64,000 bases of DNA. Origin: Trichoplax adhaerens. Its lineage: Eukaryota; Animalia; Placozoa. Where the stretch lies: positions 2,221,740-2,285,739 of the forward strand of contig NW_002060947.1 in the NCBI RefSeq assembly GCF_000150275.1, written 5' to 3'. The translations under genes and the position numbers were made by a program. The notes below the pieces were generated by a model. The model saw only the letters and a program-made list of their open reading frames with translations, made no database searches and was not told where the DNA came from. Positions 13,798 to 31,900 of this stretch are shown in pieces (the first letter of the stretch is position 1; the number at the start of each line of letters is the position of its first letter).

Positions 13798-15949
13798 GAT
13801 TTTTACCTTGCTATAGTTTACCTATGCAAGAAATATAAATAAAATACGTAAATATTACTAAATCTATTTCATGATAATAGAATTGATGCAGGTAACTTTT
13901 ATCCCAATTTCTCTATCTATCTCTAAATTACCTATCTACGTTAAAGTTATCTCTTCAAGATCATAGTAACTGAAATCGTGCGATGATACTGCCCTAAGAC
14001 AGTTAAAATTACTCTAGAGTTGTCTGAAGAATTGTTTATCGTCGACTATTGCATTAGAACAAATGGAGCACATTTTCTCTCAAGGTAAAAATAAAATTTC
14101 GTAATATATGTAATAACGCGCACGTTGTATAGGCTGCTTTGGTAGATTAAAGTTTAATTTATTCTCTCCTCACTGATCTAACGTATTTTACGATATTTCT
14201 TGAGCAATTTCATTACTTGCCGGCAACTTGAATATAATGACAAGAATCAGTAGCATTTGTGAAAATGCTGCATCTTGCTAAATAATTTCTTCACAGCCAG
14301 TACTGTACTCGTATTGCCACGTATATGGATCAAAGGGACTAAAATAATGACTTTAAAATATCCATTGTAACCATATGACCTATCATCTGCACACGGAACT
14401 AATCTCATTTTGACCTTAACTTATCATATCTATTTTAACTTATACAGCATGTGTTTCCTCCGTCAAGTACTATTGCAATTGCTTAAACGGTAGTTCCTTT
14501 ATGCCAAAATAGTTAATTATGTACGTACGATGTACAGCACTGTACTACATGTGGCGTGTATAACAATTTAGCTTAGATCTGCCAGACGAATGATCACTGG
14601 ACAAGTGATTGCAATCTGAGAAATCTGAAGAATTAAGCAGATCTACATCATCGTTCAAAATATAAAATTGCAAATTATATTATACGTATACAGGAAGTAT
14701 TTCAAGTAGCATCGACCTAGTCATTAGTGACCAGTATATGCTATAATTAATGATGTTCTAATGAATGTTATTGTCATCGCATCAGTAATAACATATGTAA
14801 TTAGTTCCATACACGACTATATGGTATAAATATACACATACTGTTGTATATCATGCTATGATTCAATTATGTATATTACTCGCAACTATTTATGGCCGAT
14901 GCCTGTAATAATTAAATAATATCAATACTAGCATAATCTCGTGAAGATCTTGTTGGGTATTGCAGTAATGTCCATGCAAACAGTCAATTTTTGTATCCTA
15001 CGTACACTTGCAAATACAGTCGATGATCCTGTTCACTCTCAGTAATTATTTTATCCCATTTTTTTTAATTAATTAAAGTGAAATAAATAACTCAGCTTAC
15101 TGTATAGTGTACTCTATGCAGCCGTTGTTACATCGTTGCGATTATTGATAATATATCTGTTATCTATATATAATTCAATTAATAAAGTTACAAGGTTTTA
15201 TTACTGTAAAGATACAGTATCATGATCTACGTACTATATGTCGAATCCAGATCCAAATTCTATCTATCTACTGCCACGATAAAATGTACTGTACAAATGT
15301 AAGAAATGATATCATTGTAAGGGAATGAAATGATGAAACTGTTGGAAGGAAAAAATATTCCAATATTTTAATTTGTTCTGACTGTCTTCTGAGGTAGTTG
15401 AACCAATGGCTATATCATCTATTCGTAGCTATAACGATAGCTGTTGAACATGCGAGCGATTTCTAATTGAATAGTATGGGTGGAATGAGTGTTCATTTAT
15501 GTTAATCCACTATCATCATACTCGTACACTATAGCATAGTAATCTTAGCCTTATTCAATGATGTGAAAAAATTTGGATACATTAATAGGTAGGTTTATCT
15601 AAGAGTGGATGACTTTATTATTTGATTATTATTGTTATTCATTATTTTTGTTTCATTCTTATCAAATTATGAGCATGTAAACGTGTCATGGATATGACTA
15701 GTGAAGTAATGATGGACTACCAGTTAAGACAGTAGAATGGATTTTATAGAGTTGAAGTAAGCTTTAAGTTATACATACCTTTGAAAGTAAAAATGTAATT
15801 ATTGACGAACCAGACCAGAGTTTTGAAGGCTAGTTTATTACTCTGCCACTACAGTAGTGGTCAATGAGATAATGAAAGATAACGGAAATTAATTCAAAGT
15901 TTATGATTGTAAGAGTGTAGCACACAGAAGCAGTGATTTTGCTCTTACT

Positions 15950-16540
15950 GGACACTGTACGAATCCTCGCGTAAGCAACAGACTATTGAAGTATCCTTGT
16001 CAACAAACAGTAGTCGCTCTGGCGCCCTCTTCGGTCTTGATCCGTTTTTGAATTGACTGTTTTACAGTACGGTACAGTACAGTAGATTGTACAGTACTCA
16101 ATGTTTTTACACACGGCTGTACACTGTACTGTACTGTACAGTACAGTGTACAGTACAGTACAGTACTCAAAGTTTTTACACACGATTGTACTGGACACTG
16201 TACACTAGTGTACAGTACAGTAAAGTATATACTGTACTGTAGAGCACTGGACTGTACAGTACTGTACTGTACTGTACAGTACTCAAAGTTTTTACACACG
16301 ACTGTACAGTACTGTACTGTATACTGTACAGTGTACAGTGTACTGTACAGTGTACAGTATTTACTACAGACTGTGAATTGAAATTCTTACCAGTACAGTA
16401 GTACAGTACAGTACTGTACTTGTAATGCAGTACTATGTACTGTAAATCTACAGTACAATATTGTACGCTTGGTGTCGTACAGTACAGTACGTAGTACGTA
16501 CCATACTGTAATACACTGGAGTGATTTCTTACCCTACTGA
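15950..16540. repeat. (GTACW)n array B in the CEP135/ABCE1 divergent promoter, with 3 copies of a ~31-bp core
   Basis: Dense TACAG/TACTG units. Core CAGTACTCAAWGTTTTTACACACGRYTGTAC at 16092, 16161 and 16277. Confidence 0.9.
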
Positions 16541-17050
16541 ACAGTAATTTTGAACCTCCCGCATCCGCACTAACGTAAAAACTAGTAAGGCCATGTGGCT
16601 TGACTTTGACAGATTTGCATAGAGAAGCGGTTGTGAACCAGTTGCCATGTTACTATCTCAGACTGCAGTTAAATATGGAGACTGTAGAGTAAAACAGGGC
16701 AGTCGATATTCCCCAACGACTAGCTGTAAGGTCAGAGTATTTATATACTGTACTACTGTAGTCAGAATACGCCACATTTGGCTGACTACTATTGAAGTAG
16801 GCAAGTGTCTGCTCAGTGCTCACTCACATTGTTCAATCTCGACGCACAACTGCATTGATTGATGTAGTAGTAAAGTCGAGCTAAGGTTCACTTTGAATTA
16901 TTTGCTCTTACGGTTTAGGCTGAAGTGATAGATTGGATCATTGTGCTTTGATATACTGTAATACTAACGAAACTTCATCGATCGAAATCGACGTAATTTA
17001 AGAAGAAAAGAGTGAACAATTTCATCAACGTTTCATTGGTATCAACTTGA

Positions 17051-21484
<4,434 letters not shown>

Positions 21485-22254
21485 CGTGATAACAATCCTG
21501 AGTATTAACCTACGTGCATTAATCAAATAAATAAATAATGAAGTTAAATGAATGAAACCTTAAATTCTTACAATTTAATATTTGGATACACTAGAAATTC
21601 TTTAATTCAGAATGACATGGACGTATCGTCTATTGTAAATTGTTCAAAGCAATACACAGACAGCTTGTGAGATTTTTAAACTACAGTACTGCAATACAAT
21701 CTGTAAGTGACTCATGCTGCATGGAAAAATTAGTTTATATTTACTAAATTCTTATGCGCATTGTTGAAATCATCTTACACTTGAATTTAGAGCCATTGCA
21801 TTATTAACGTAAGTTTTATTGTCTTTAGATAGTCTCTTTGCATGTCATTTTTAAGATTTACTATTTAATAAGGAAACACACATACATGTATAATCAAAGT
21901 ATTAATGTGCGCAAAACGATACGTTCACCTAAAAATATAGTTTGCATGACGTTGGATGTCATTCATCGAAAGATAAATTCTAATTCTATAACCATGGAGT
22001 CTATGCTGTAGACGCGATATAAAATAGAGCTTCTTGCATCGATACTTCGTTTTCGATGACTTGTTACAGTTTACAACAGAACATTTTCAGACTATAAAAA
22101 CAGCGAAATAAGTGATCAATCACAATTTCGTAGGTAATGCCAAATTTGCACCAAATTTGGCCAAGACTTAATATAAGTAAATTCGATAAGTTGTGTCGCA
22201 TCTAAAGGTACATTATTTAAATAAATATGAACTAAATACAGAGTTAAAGTATAT

Positions 22255-22435
22255 AGTGGTGGTTTTATAGTGCTGAGTACTTGGAAGGCCAATGCAAGTA
22301 CATCTAAATTGAATATGGAGCTATATAATGGTTCTATAGTGGTGAGTACTGGGAAGGCCAATTCAAGTACATCCAAATTGAATATAGAGCTAAACAATGA
22401 TTTTTATAGTGGTGAGTGCTGCCAAGGCCAATTAA
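22255..22435. repeat. 69-70-bp minisatellite, about 2.5 copies
   Basis: TATAGTGSTGAGTRCT...AAGGCCAAT at 22266, 22335 and 22405. CAAGTACATCYAAATTGAATATRGAGCTA occurs twice. Confidence 0.85.
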
Positions 22436-22628
22436 AAATCGAAAAAAATATTACTAGCGATTATTATTTGGAGTGTAGCACAATCAATCAATCACATATC
22501 TTTACTTTAAAGAATAAAAAACTGAGATGTACCCTATGATTATGACAGGATGTAAGGCCAAGCAGAGCCTAGAGCAACAAAATGAATGTTAGTAGGTTTA
22601 TTTATCATTATCAGCAATCTACGTATAG

Positions 22629-23030
22629 CTAATCATCAGTTAAAGTCATCTTTTTAATATTATCCATGGTTGCTGATATATCAAAGCTCGCTTGATTTGC
22701 AATTATTGATTTAATGGACTCGAAAAATGTAATATCTTCGAAATGAATTGTTTTCCGTGATGGCTTATTGCTTAAGCTGTTGGTGAAATCTTGAATTCTA
22801 TTCAAAATTTTGAAAGGTGTTACTACATCACCCATCTCAGCGGAATATTTAATATTTATAAGATTGATGATTTCGTCTAATAAATTACGCCTTCCAATGA
22901 AAAGAAACGTACTAGCCGCATTTGGCTCAGTAATGACTAAATACTTGACAGCTTGTTGATGGAGGAGTTGCTGAATTTCTTTCTCTTGATAAGATGTCGT
23001 TATACCGTAAAGACTGTTCATCTTGTACAT
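22629..23030 (-). CDS. Hypothetical protein (133 aa from first ATG), possibly the last exon of an orphan gene divergent from VPS37A
   Basis: About 400-nt open frame in very AT-rich, non-repetitive DNA with globular-looking composition. CTAAC...GAAG candidate acceptor just upstream. Faces repeat array C. Confidence 0.45.
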   Translation of the reverse strand: MYKMNSLYGITTSYQEKEIQQLLHQQAVKYLVITEPNAASTFLFIGRRNLLDEIINLINIKYSAEMGDVVTPFKILNRIQDFTNSLSNKPSRKTIHFEDITFFESIKSIIANQASFDISATMDNIKKMTLTDD

Positions 23031-23419
23031 CAAATTATGTAATGTAGTAACTTTATTAAAGCATCTTCAAAGTTAGTTTTACTCTTTCGAAATGGATTTT
23101 CACAGTACACTCGTATACTTTATACTACATGTTCTTTTGGTAACGGGAAGAAGGAAGGAAGGCCTACAGTAGTTTAGCTGGAGGGGATTAGCTTGAGATT
23201 TTGGTGGAAAAATTTCTTCTTTAGTAGTTCTTTCGGTAAGTTGATCATGATACAAAGGCTGTACTGAGTGATGAATTTTTACTCAATTATGTTTTAATCG
23301 AGAAAATTGGAAAATTGTCGTCTCTAATGACTCCATTCCAGATACTTTCAAAATAATCTGGAGTTTCTGGACAGAACCCACCTACAAAATCCAATTTTAG
23401 TTATAGCTACGCATGCTTG

Positions 23420-23680
23420 AAATACAGTACTGTACTTGCGTATCATGGCTGTACTGTACTGTACTGAACATCCACATCACTGAAACGCCTTACTGAATAC
23501 AGTGTACAGTATACAGTACATTCGTGAATGTACGGTAGCACAGTACTGTACACCGAGTACCGTACTGTACTTAGAATGGCACAGTTCCGTACAGGGACCA
23601 GCAGAGTACAGTACAGTATGACATAACCCGATTCAACATTGCTGTCCGGAGTATTCGCCCATTCGCCATCAGTACAAGTA
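23420..23680. repeat. (GTACW)n array C immediately upstream of VPS37A
   Basis: TACAGTACTGTAC, CTGTACTGTACTGTACTG and GTACAGTACAGTA runs ending about 55 nt before the VPS37A ATG. Confidence 0.85.
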
Positions 23681-23734
23681 CAAGATCGAGCAGGAAACTC
23701 CTTTTAACGCGTTTATGGTTCAATCGATTTGAAG

Positions 23735-26700
23735 ATGGCAAGTTGGTTTCCATCTATTTTAACAGGCCAAACTCAAGACCGACCTCAAGTTCCTCCTATC
23801 CCACCTATAACAGCATTGCAACAACAAAGGCAGAAGCAAATTGACTCTTTATTTCAGTATAATTACAAGTAGGTAGCATCTATCGATACAAACTGGATTT
23901 TAGCAACAACTCGTCATCCATGTCAGCAATCCAATGCCAATGACTTGGCAGACAAAAGATACAACCTCGTATAGCTGTATAATTTCTAGTTATAAAATTG
24001 TGAATTGATACAGACATAGAAGGAGCAAAAATGCATAAAATTATCGCATAACATCGATTAGGCCAACTGCTGAAGAATTATTATTGATTTCTCGTCGAGT
24101 ATCTACAGTCTTGTATTAGCCTGCAATGTAAATAGTATTACGGTATTTTCCTGTATCATTGATAGAAAGTGCAGGCATGAAAGAACAATATTGGCATAAT
24201 TATAATCACTTGGCATAAAAATAGAGTAGCCTAATCAGATTGCTATCTTCAAACTTTCACGATAATACAAACTTCAATAATCAATTCAGCAAAAAATCGA
24301 CCAGTTAAACTTTGATTTACCACTACTACTCTTATACTAAATTCTCGGTCGGAATAGGTATATTTACAGTACGGTATTACGCTAGAGATCCCTAGTTCGA
24401 CATGACGTCATTCAGCTTGAATCAGACTTACAGCGAGTTAGAAGCATCGATTCTGCCATTTTTTCCATCGAAGTTAATAGAGCAGGCTTATCTGATTTTC
24501 TCTTTCCGTCATTATAGACGTGTATAATGTTCTCTTTATTCCGTCCTAGACGACTTTTCCACTACTGTACAATATAAGGAATGTTGACATGTTCTCCTGT
24601 GTACAGCTACCATTCTTATCAAAATATGAAATATTCTCATTTCAGTCGGCCAACATTTATAATACTTGCAATTTATCGACGGGCTTTCTATTGTTTCATC
24701 AAACCATAAAACCATTTCTGAGTTGATAAATTAAGCAATTATACTGTCAAATAATGTAGATGTTGGGCGATCTTACATACACTTACATACAAGATAGAAA
24801 AACTCAACAGTATCGAGTAACAGCTATGTGCGTAAAGTAGATTAAACGTACGTTATGCAGTAGATACGTATAAATGTTATGCTTTTCAAATTAGTATTGA
24901 TATCCTTTACAGTAAGCCATAAGCTGTATTATGATAGAAAATTAACATTTAGTTCATAAAATGAGAATAAAACCCTAAAGTCGTAATGTTTGCACTTATC
25001 CATATACAACTCAATGAAATCATTCTTAAAAAATTACATACGAGTATTTTAGCGGACTGGACAAGTTGTTCGCACCAACTGTTGTACTCTACACGCTTAT
25101 ATTCAAGCTATAGAATAGGATTGTCTTTTTGAACATAATGTTAGTTAGTATTGATGATTATATTATACCGCTATCTAAGTATATAGTAACTAATCAATCG
25201 CCATATTTGCTCAGCGTAACCGAAACCGTTAAATCACAAGAATTTCGAATCGTTGCCTCATCTACTAACAATGCGACGTATTACCTGAATATGTAAGTAT
25301 TGGTACTGCTTTGCTGTATGTAGTAGATTAATGAATCTATTAATTACTTATTGACCTTACCAACTGTAAAATACGGATATGACTTGTATGATTTACATAA
25401 ATTAGCTAACTTTACCGTATGCTGTAAATTGACGGGGAATGTTAACTTCATAGCTTTATTAATTAATTTATACTGTTAGAAAAATAGACGAATTTATATA
25501 TACGTGTTTTGCTCTGGTCTTAGAAACCTTCCACCGCAGTTTCCTGATGAAAAACCGATACTTTCTGTTTACCCTTCATGCCGACATCCTTGGATCAATG
25601 AACAGGTTTCCATTTCACTACGTTTCGATTTCCTAAACTGTATTGAACTCGAAAAAATTAGATATTTATATAGCGTTATGAGGTCTAATAACATTTTGTA
25701 TGCTGCTTTTTATGATATGGTCATATTGAAACGCATATGTATTACCTATTCTGTATTTTCTTCAGATGATAGTTACTGGATGCCCTGCTATTAATGGGGT
25801 TTGTATTAAGAAGACAAATTTTTGATATTTGATCAGTAAAATACAGGAATTAGATGATAATCATTGTACGCTCACTATGAATATCTACACTTTATCACAG
25901 ATTCTTACATAAATCTTTCTGTAACATAATAATCTGTCTTACTTTACAGTTTATGGTTCATTCTTGCCTTGGTTTGGCTGTACAACAGGTTGTTAAAGAA
26001 TTTCAAGAACGACCTCCGCAATTATATCAGCAGACTCATCAAAGTCAAAGGTTGGTCATTCTTCTTGCAATATTTACAGTATCATAATGCCATTCAATAA
26101 AATCTCATGTTCAGGCAGAACTACAGATATTCACTTCCAATTCAGAAAGTGAATCTCGATGTCAAATGTTATGTATTTAGGACAGGAAATAATAACTAAT
26201 CCAATAAACTGATTCTAGTTAATTTGTGATATTTTCATAGAAATTACAATAGTTACCCTTCTCCTCCCTCTATACCTGATAATAATATGAATATGCCTCG
26301 CGCTATCAACGTCAATGATGGAGATGTTCCTTATAATCCGGTACGTCTCTACAGAAACCTCATAAGGGATTACTGCATATTATTTAAAAATTTGCGTTGT
26401 GATACGGTCTTTAGGACACTATAACTTGTGAAAGAATGTTGTGATATTGAAATAGATTCTGTTTTGCGTAGCCCATGTTGTTTAAAAACAATACATATAA
26501 CAAGCCAGAGGTGCAAACTAAATTTCCTAAATTGCGATCCTATAGGTAAATTATATTATTCATATTATGTACTATTTTAAATAACTAGTATTAAATTTAC
26601 TGTTGTAACGTTTATACGCTTCCTCAATTTTTCAATAAACTGCTACAAATACTTAGTACATCTGAATTAAAAGAATTACGAGGCAACCATGAAGCAATAG

Positions 26701-27933
26701 AGAAGTTTATCCAAAATCTGGATGAGGTATTTAATTCTTTATATGCCGGTATCATGTACAGTACGCTGTCAGTCATCGTGAAGTAGGGTATACAGTACCG
26801 AAGTATAGAATGAAAGATTCTACATTTTATATGTCAACTTTAGTGGTCCAATCCGTGTGTTTTGATTACATACGTAGGTACATATGATCAAGGAAGATCG
26901 AGAACAAATTTTGAATCGTTGTGAAGACATTGCTCGTGCGTTTCAATTCCATTGATCATTAATACTACATACATACTTTGCCAACTTTAATCACAGAAAT
27001 AAAAGACTGCTTTTTAAAACTTTAAGGAATGAACCTAGCGAAAGCACCAGAATTGGAAAATCGTAGACAGAGCCTTCTTGAATTGGTATGCATAGCAAGA
27101 AAATCGATCCTCTCTATGTTATAAATTAAATTATATTTTTAAATATATTACTTATAGTACATTACCAGAGAAGAATATCAAAAAGGTCTTGATAAGGCTT
27201 TCGAAATCCAAAGAGAACATTTACGGGTTCGTTGCTTGTCTATTTACTTGATCTTTACGTTTTCTGTTTATGTTTTTGATTATAGAAGCATTTATTTTCG
27301 TATGCATAGTAGCTATTTATAAGACGATCTTTAAAAATTTTTTCTTATTTTGCTAGGATTATTCTGTCGATGCTATTTATACTAATTTACGAGTTGCAAC
27401 AGCCGACGCTGATGAAAAGTCGGAGGTACTGAATACTTCTTGCTGAGTTATGGATTAATCTTTTACTTTTTAAGTAGCAACTATGATTTTGATATCGTTT
27501 TGTGGTAACAAAATTAGCGAGTAAGAGCCGATAATTGAATATATCAACGTTTACCTTGTATTATTTTTCGTTACATTTTAACATTACTTTAAAACTGTCA
27601 ACTAGGATCTTGCAGAAAAGTTCCTTGATAGTAAGTCATTACTTATATTTCATAATATATTATGCATAAACGAGCGTATTATTGAAGTCCACCTTGTTAT
27701 CGTATCTTCAGGAAAGGTTAGCATAGACGCATTCCTGCAGCATTTTATGGATTTAAGAAAGGTATAAAACTGCCCGAAATTTTAATTTTACTCTTGACTC
27801 TTTCTTTATAGTAGTGAAATATATGAATAGCGATGAGTGACTGGTGTCTATTTATCAATTCTCTTCTTTTAACTAGACAAGTCATTCGAGACGTGTAAAA
27901 TTGGAAAAAATTAAGCAAGAACACGGCTTATAA
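23735..27933 (+). CDS. VPS37A: ESCRT-I subunit VPS37A (UEV-like N-terminus plus Mod(r) C-terminus), 15 coding exons
   Basis: MASWFP...ITALQQQRQKQIDSL, NLPPQFPDEKPILSVYPSCRHPWI, FMVHSCLGLAVQQVVKEFQERPP. C-terminal ADADEKSEDLAEKFLD..VSIDAFLQHFMDLRKTSHSRRVKLEKI. Phases consistent. Confidence 0.93.
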
Positions 27934-28931
27934 CGAATTAGTTATTCCCCACTTTCTGTGCAAATTCTTGGATCGTATACAAATTTAGGAACTCACTAAA
28001 CCATGGCGTTATACTTTTATCTGATGTCATAGATTTGTTGAATTGTAAAAATGATATCATATGTCCAAATTTGGCATTCTTACCTTAATTATTGTTAATA
28101 TCAAATGGGATCGTGATGATAACTTGTACAGTTTAAATTATTTTAACAACCCTTATTCAAATTTAGTATGACTGTAACAAAATCTTGGGAAGCTGTTAGA
28201 TTACAGTATCTCTTATGAGCAGAAATATCACTAAAACTATAAACTACTAAATACTGTACTTAAATGAATGAAACTTTGGAATATGTTTATAAAGAATATT
28301 ATTTAAAATAAATTTGTTTGTTAATCGTGCATTTTAAAAAGTATCCATGATTCATACGTTTATGTTGTATAAGAATCTTAAAATTTTAGCAATAAAACTT
28401 TCGTACTCTTGCTTGGGTGTGTATATATTCCTTAATCCAAGATCCATCGTACAATGTTCTAGCTATATGAGAACTACCTTATGTTGCAACATGCATGGTC
28501 ATTGGTTATGAATTGTTTCTGTAGCGATTGTAATCAACGGTTTCCGTATTCGCGTTAAATATTATACACTAGGCAAGTACAAAATAAATTAAAATGAATC
28601 TTGAAATGGAAATCCATTTAGGCAAGTAAAACTGCAAAACAAATTCAACATGAACATATTTTTCTTACTTAAGTAATCCGTTTTATAATGCGAAATCACT
28701 ACGACTACCAAGTGCTATTATACATGTATACGCATATTAAATTTATAAGCCAAAATTTTAGTTGCTTGACAAGCAACAGTATTGAATCATGTGTACCACG
28801 CATGAAATAAGTCAAGTTAAAACGCAGCTTTTAGGCCAAAACGTCCCTAAAGTGACCTCAATACACAATACGCATACGTTCAATTTAACTATGGATGTAA
28901 CAGAATGACCTTTACAATTTATCGCATCACT

Positions 28932-31900
28932 TTAGCTAGCATCTCGTATGTAAGTAACTGATGTTTCCTTGCAAACCCTGTAATTGAAGTCGAAGTAACC
29001 AATCGCAAATTGACTCTATACCGTTTAAAAATAATAAGCATTGAGTTTCAAAATGAGGTCTCTATATTTTGTATATTAGTATAAATCCAGGTTTTGCACC
29101 ACACACACTTAGCATAGAATTGCTATAAAATACAATTGCAATATACGTATTTGCAAGTACAGTAGCAGAATCTTCTAGCTTACCTTAAACGGTTTAAAGT
29201 AATCTAATCCACGATCGATTATTACTTTCCAACCGTTGTTAAATCTAAAGAGTGTAATTAATATCGACTACTTAGATCTTGATAAAATGTCTCATTTAAG
29301 TTTATAATTACAACTGTAACTACAATTAGAAAGGTTGTCTGATAATGAATCAATCTACAGCTAGAATTAATAACAAATGATAACCATCAACACTGCTGAG
29401 AGTACGGATCGCCTAGAAAAGCTTACCTTATTTCCCTATTGTGTAAAGTGTCCGAAAAAGAATACATAAATGTTACGTTATGGCTCTGTAGGCTCATCCG
29501 TAATTCTTCCAGGTGTGTACATTGTGTATGTCTTTTGTCCTTCTACAAATGAATTCATGTATATGATCAAATTTAATACAGCCAAAGATAGCAGATAGTT
29601 TATAATTTTTGATGTTAATACCCGGTATATTATACCGTAATTATACCCTAATACAGCAATCATGTAACCAATCGTATAATCCAAAATTTTATGTTATAAT
29701 CAAGAATCATACGCGTATAATCAATCGGTAACGTTAATTAATCAAGTATCAGTTATAACTAAATACATCGACAATTTTTTCATGAGAAACGTTAAAAGCA
29801 TGCCATAGCAATAAAGATTGTAATATATTTACTAGAAATAGTTATGAAAGCTTCAGCTAAAGAAAACAACGACTAACCTCTAACTCTTGACCGGTTAGTA
29901 AAGTAATATTTTTGACTTTTGTCTTCCTTAATAACAGCTCAGAAATTCGTACTAGATTTCTCACCTAGGTAAATTGCACATGTTTGGATATGAGGTACTA
30001 AGCGTTATTAATATGATAAACAGTTTAGAGGATATTACTGTATACAATTTCAGCGTAGCCATTACTAAGAATTTTTTTTAATATTGAAATCAAAAAATAT
30101 GAACTTTCACAGCTACTATTAATACTTAACAGTAATTCAACAAGAACGTAACGGAACATAGATATTACCATTGCCAAGGAGTAAACAATATACAGCATTT
30201 TCCATAACTATCTGCCTGTCTGCCTCGCATACTTAATACAGTAATATCGAAGCACTTTTTGCGTTTTTGATAAATCAAATGGTAAAATTATTATTTGTAT
30301 AGTAAAGATCTTTAATGAGCATTTGCTTGCCTGTGGAAATAACGATAGAAGTGTCTTATTTTTGCTTTGATAATATACATTCAATCATTACCTAGTAGAA
30401 ATTTCCTACTACTGCGATATTACAATATATCACTTGTTTGTGATCTGCAGTACCAAAATTATAATTACCTCTAGAAGCCCTTACAGACTTTCTAACAAAC
30501 TCTAATTATCTAATTTTAATCATAAGCACAGAGTTTAAAAGTCACATTATAAGAATTATAGTAACGACATTTCTTACAAATGATAAGCTGATTGATATTA
30601 TAAAATCTAGTTCCCTCCATTAAGGTGGTGCATGTTTAAATAAATCGAATACTGTACTACGTAATCCGTCAGAAAACCCAAAATGTTGCAATAAATATGA
30701 TACGAACCCTATTCATATCGGAAAATTGTGATATAATAAACTATCTGTATTTACTTATGCAGGCTTAAAATTTAGCTACGTATATTATTACAAACAATAA
30801 CGTTTACAGGACTAATCTATAGTAGATGGAAATCCGAAAAATTTTTTAACCTGATAAGAGTTTCTAATATAGGGGTCATCGATTTCCACCGATGTTACGC
30901 TGTCATCAAGGCACCTGTCGAAGATAGTGTCGTAGTCATAACCTGTTGATCCATCAGAGATTTTTTCCTGTGTCACTTGGCTTGAGTGTTTGTTTTTAGC
31001 TAATAGTTATAAATTCACAAACTAGAAATTAGTGCAACTTTTGGAAAATAAAGTGAAATAGTACTAAAATATAATCATAAAAATTATTAATCCGTAAAGC
31101 TTTATTGATTATATTATTAGAGTTAGCATGAGTCAGTTGGCTACTAATAAAGACTGCACCATATTCTACTATCATTATAATGTAATGTATTTCATACCAA
31201 TATAGTGAGGTACAAGGATATTCTAAATAACACAGATGAATAGTAATATTTCGTTTCTACTTTGCTAAGAAATTGCTTATTAAATCTTATTTCTGACTAT
31301 CTGTACGAAAACTATCGTTATAGTTGATAATGTAAATCGACAAGGTACAGTTTATTAGTGGAGATATTCAAAAACCCTAACCTACTATTACGATTACTCA
31401 ATTAACTATAATAAAAATATTACCATAGTAATTAGAAGTATAGGTTATATACGTATTAAGTACTATCGAATTTTTCTATATTAGCAATTTGTGTACCTTT
31501 CTTCTGAGCGATAATTGATTTGACTTTCTCAGCACTATTCAAACACTTCTTCACCTTATCTCTAATGAATAGCTTTTGATGCTCATCTTTGGTATCTAAA
31601 AAGATTTTAGCATTATAAGAAAATTAGCATTGCTGATTGTTTTATGTAGCGGGATTTATACTAGCTCTGATAACCATAACTAATGCTGTAGATTACTTTT
31701 GCCATTGCAGAACTTTTAATCTTGTGATATGAAGGTTTAGTATATCATGTTTAAAATTATTTTTTTCCTTTAAAGTATGCCTCAAATTTGCACAAAGTTT
31801 CTTGCATTCATTTTGAATTATAGTATAACATGTAGATAATTTGACGGCAGCTACAACAGCAAGGTTAAAGTATACAATTTTCTTTCAAATTAAATTAGCT

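Noticed and set aside
15983-16299. ORFs with repeated CKNFEYCTV, and a CRISPR-like repeat-spacer look
   Set aside because: Eukaryotic context, no cas genes, and the spacers are microsatellite of unequal length. The ORFs arise from the repeat.
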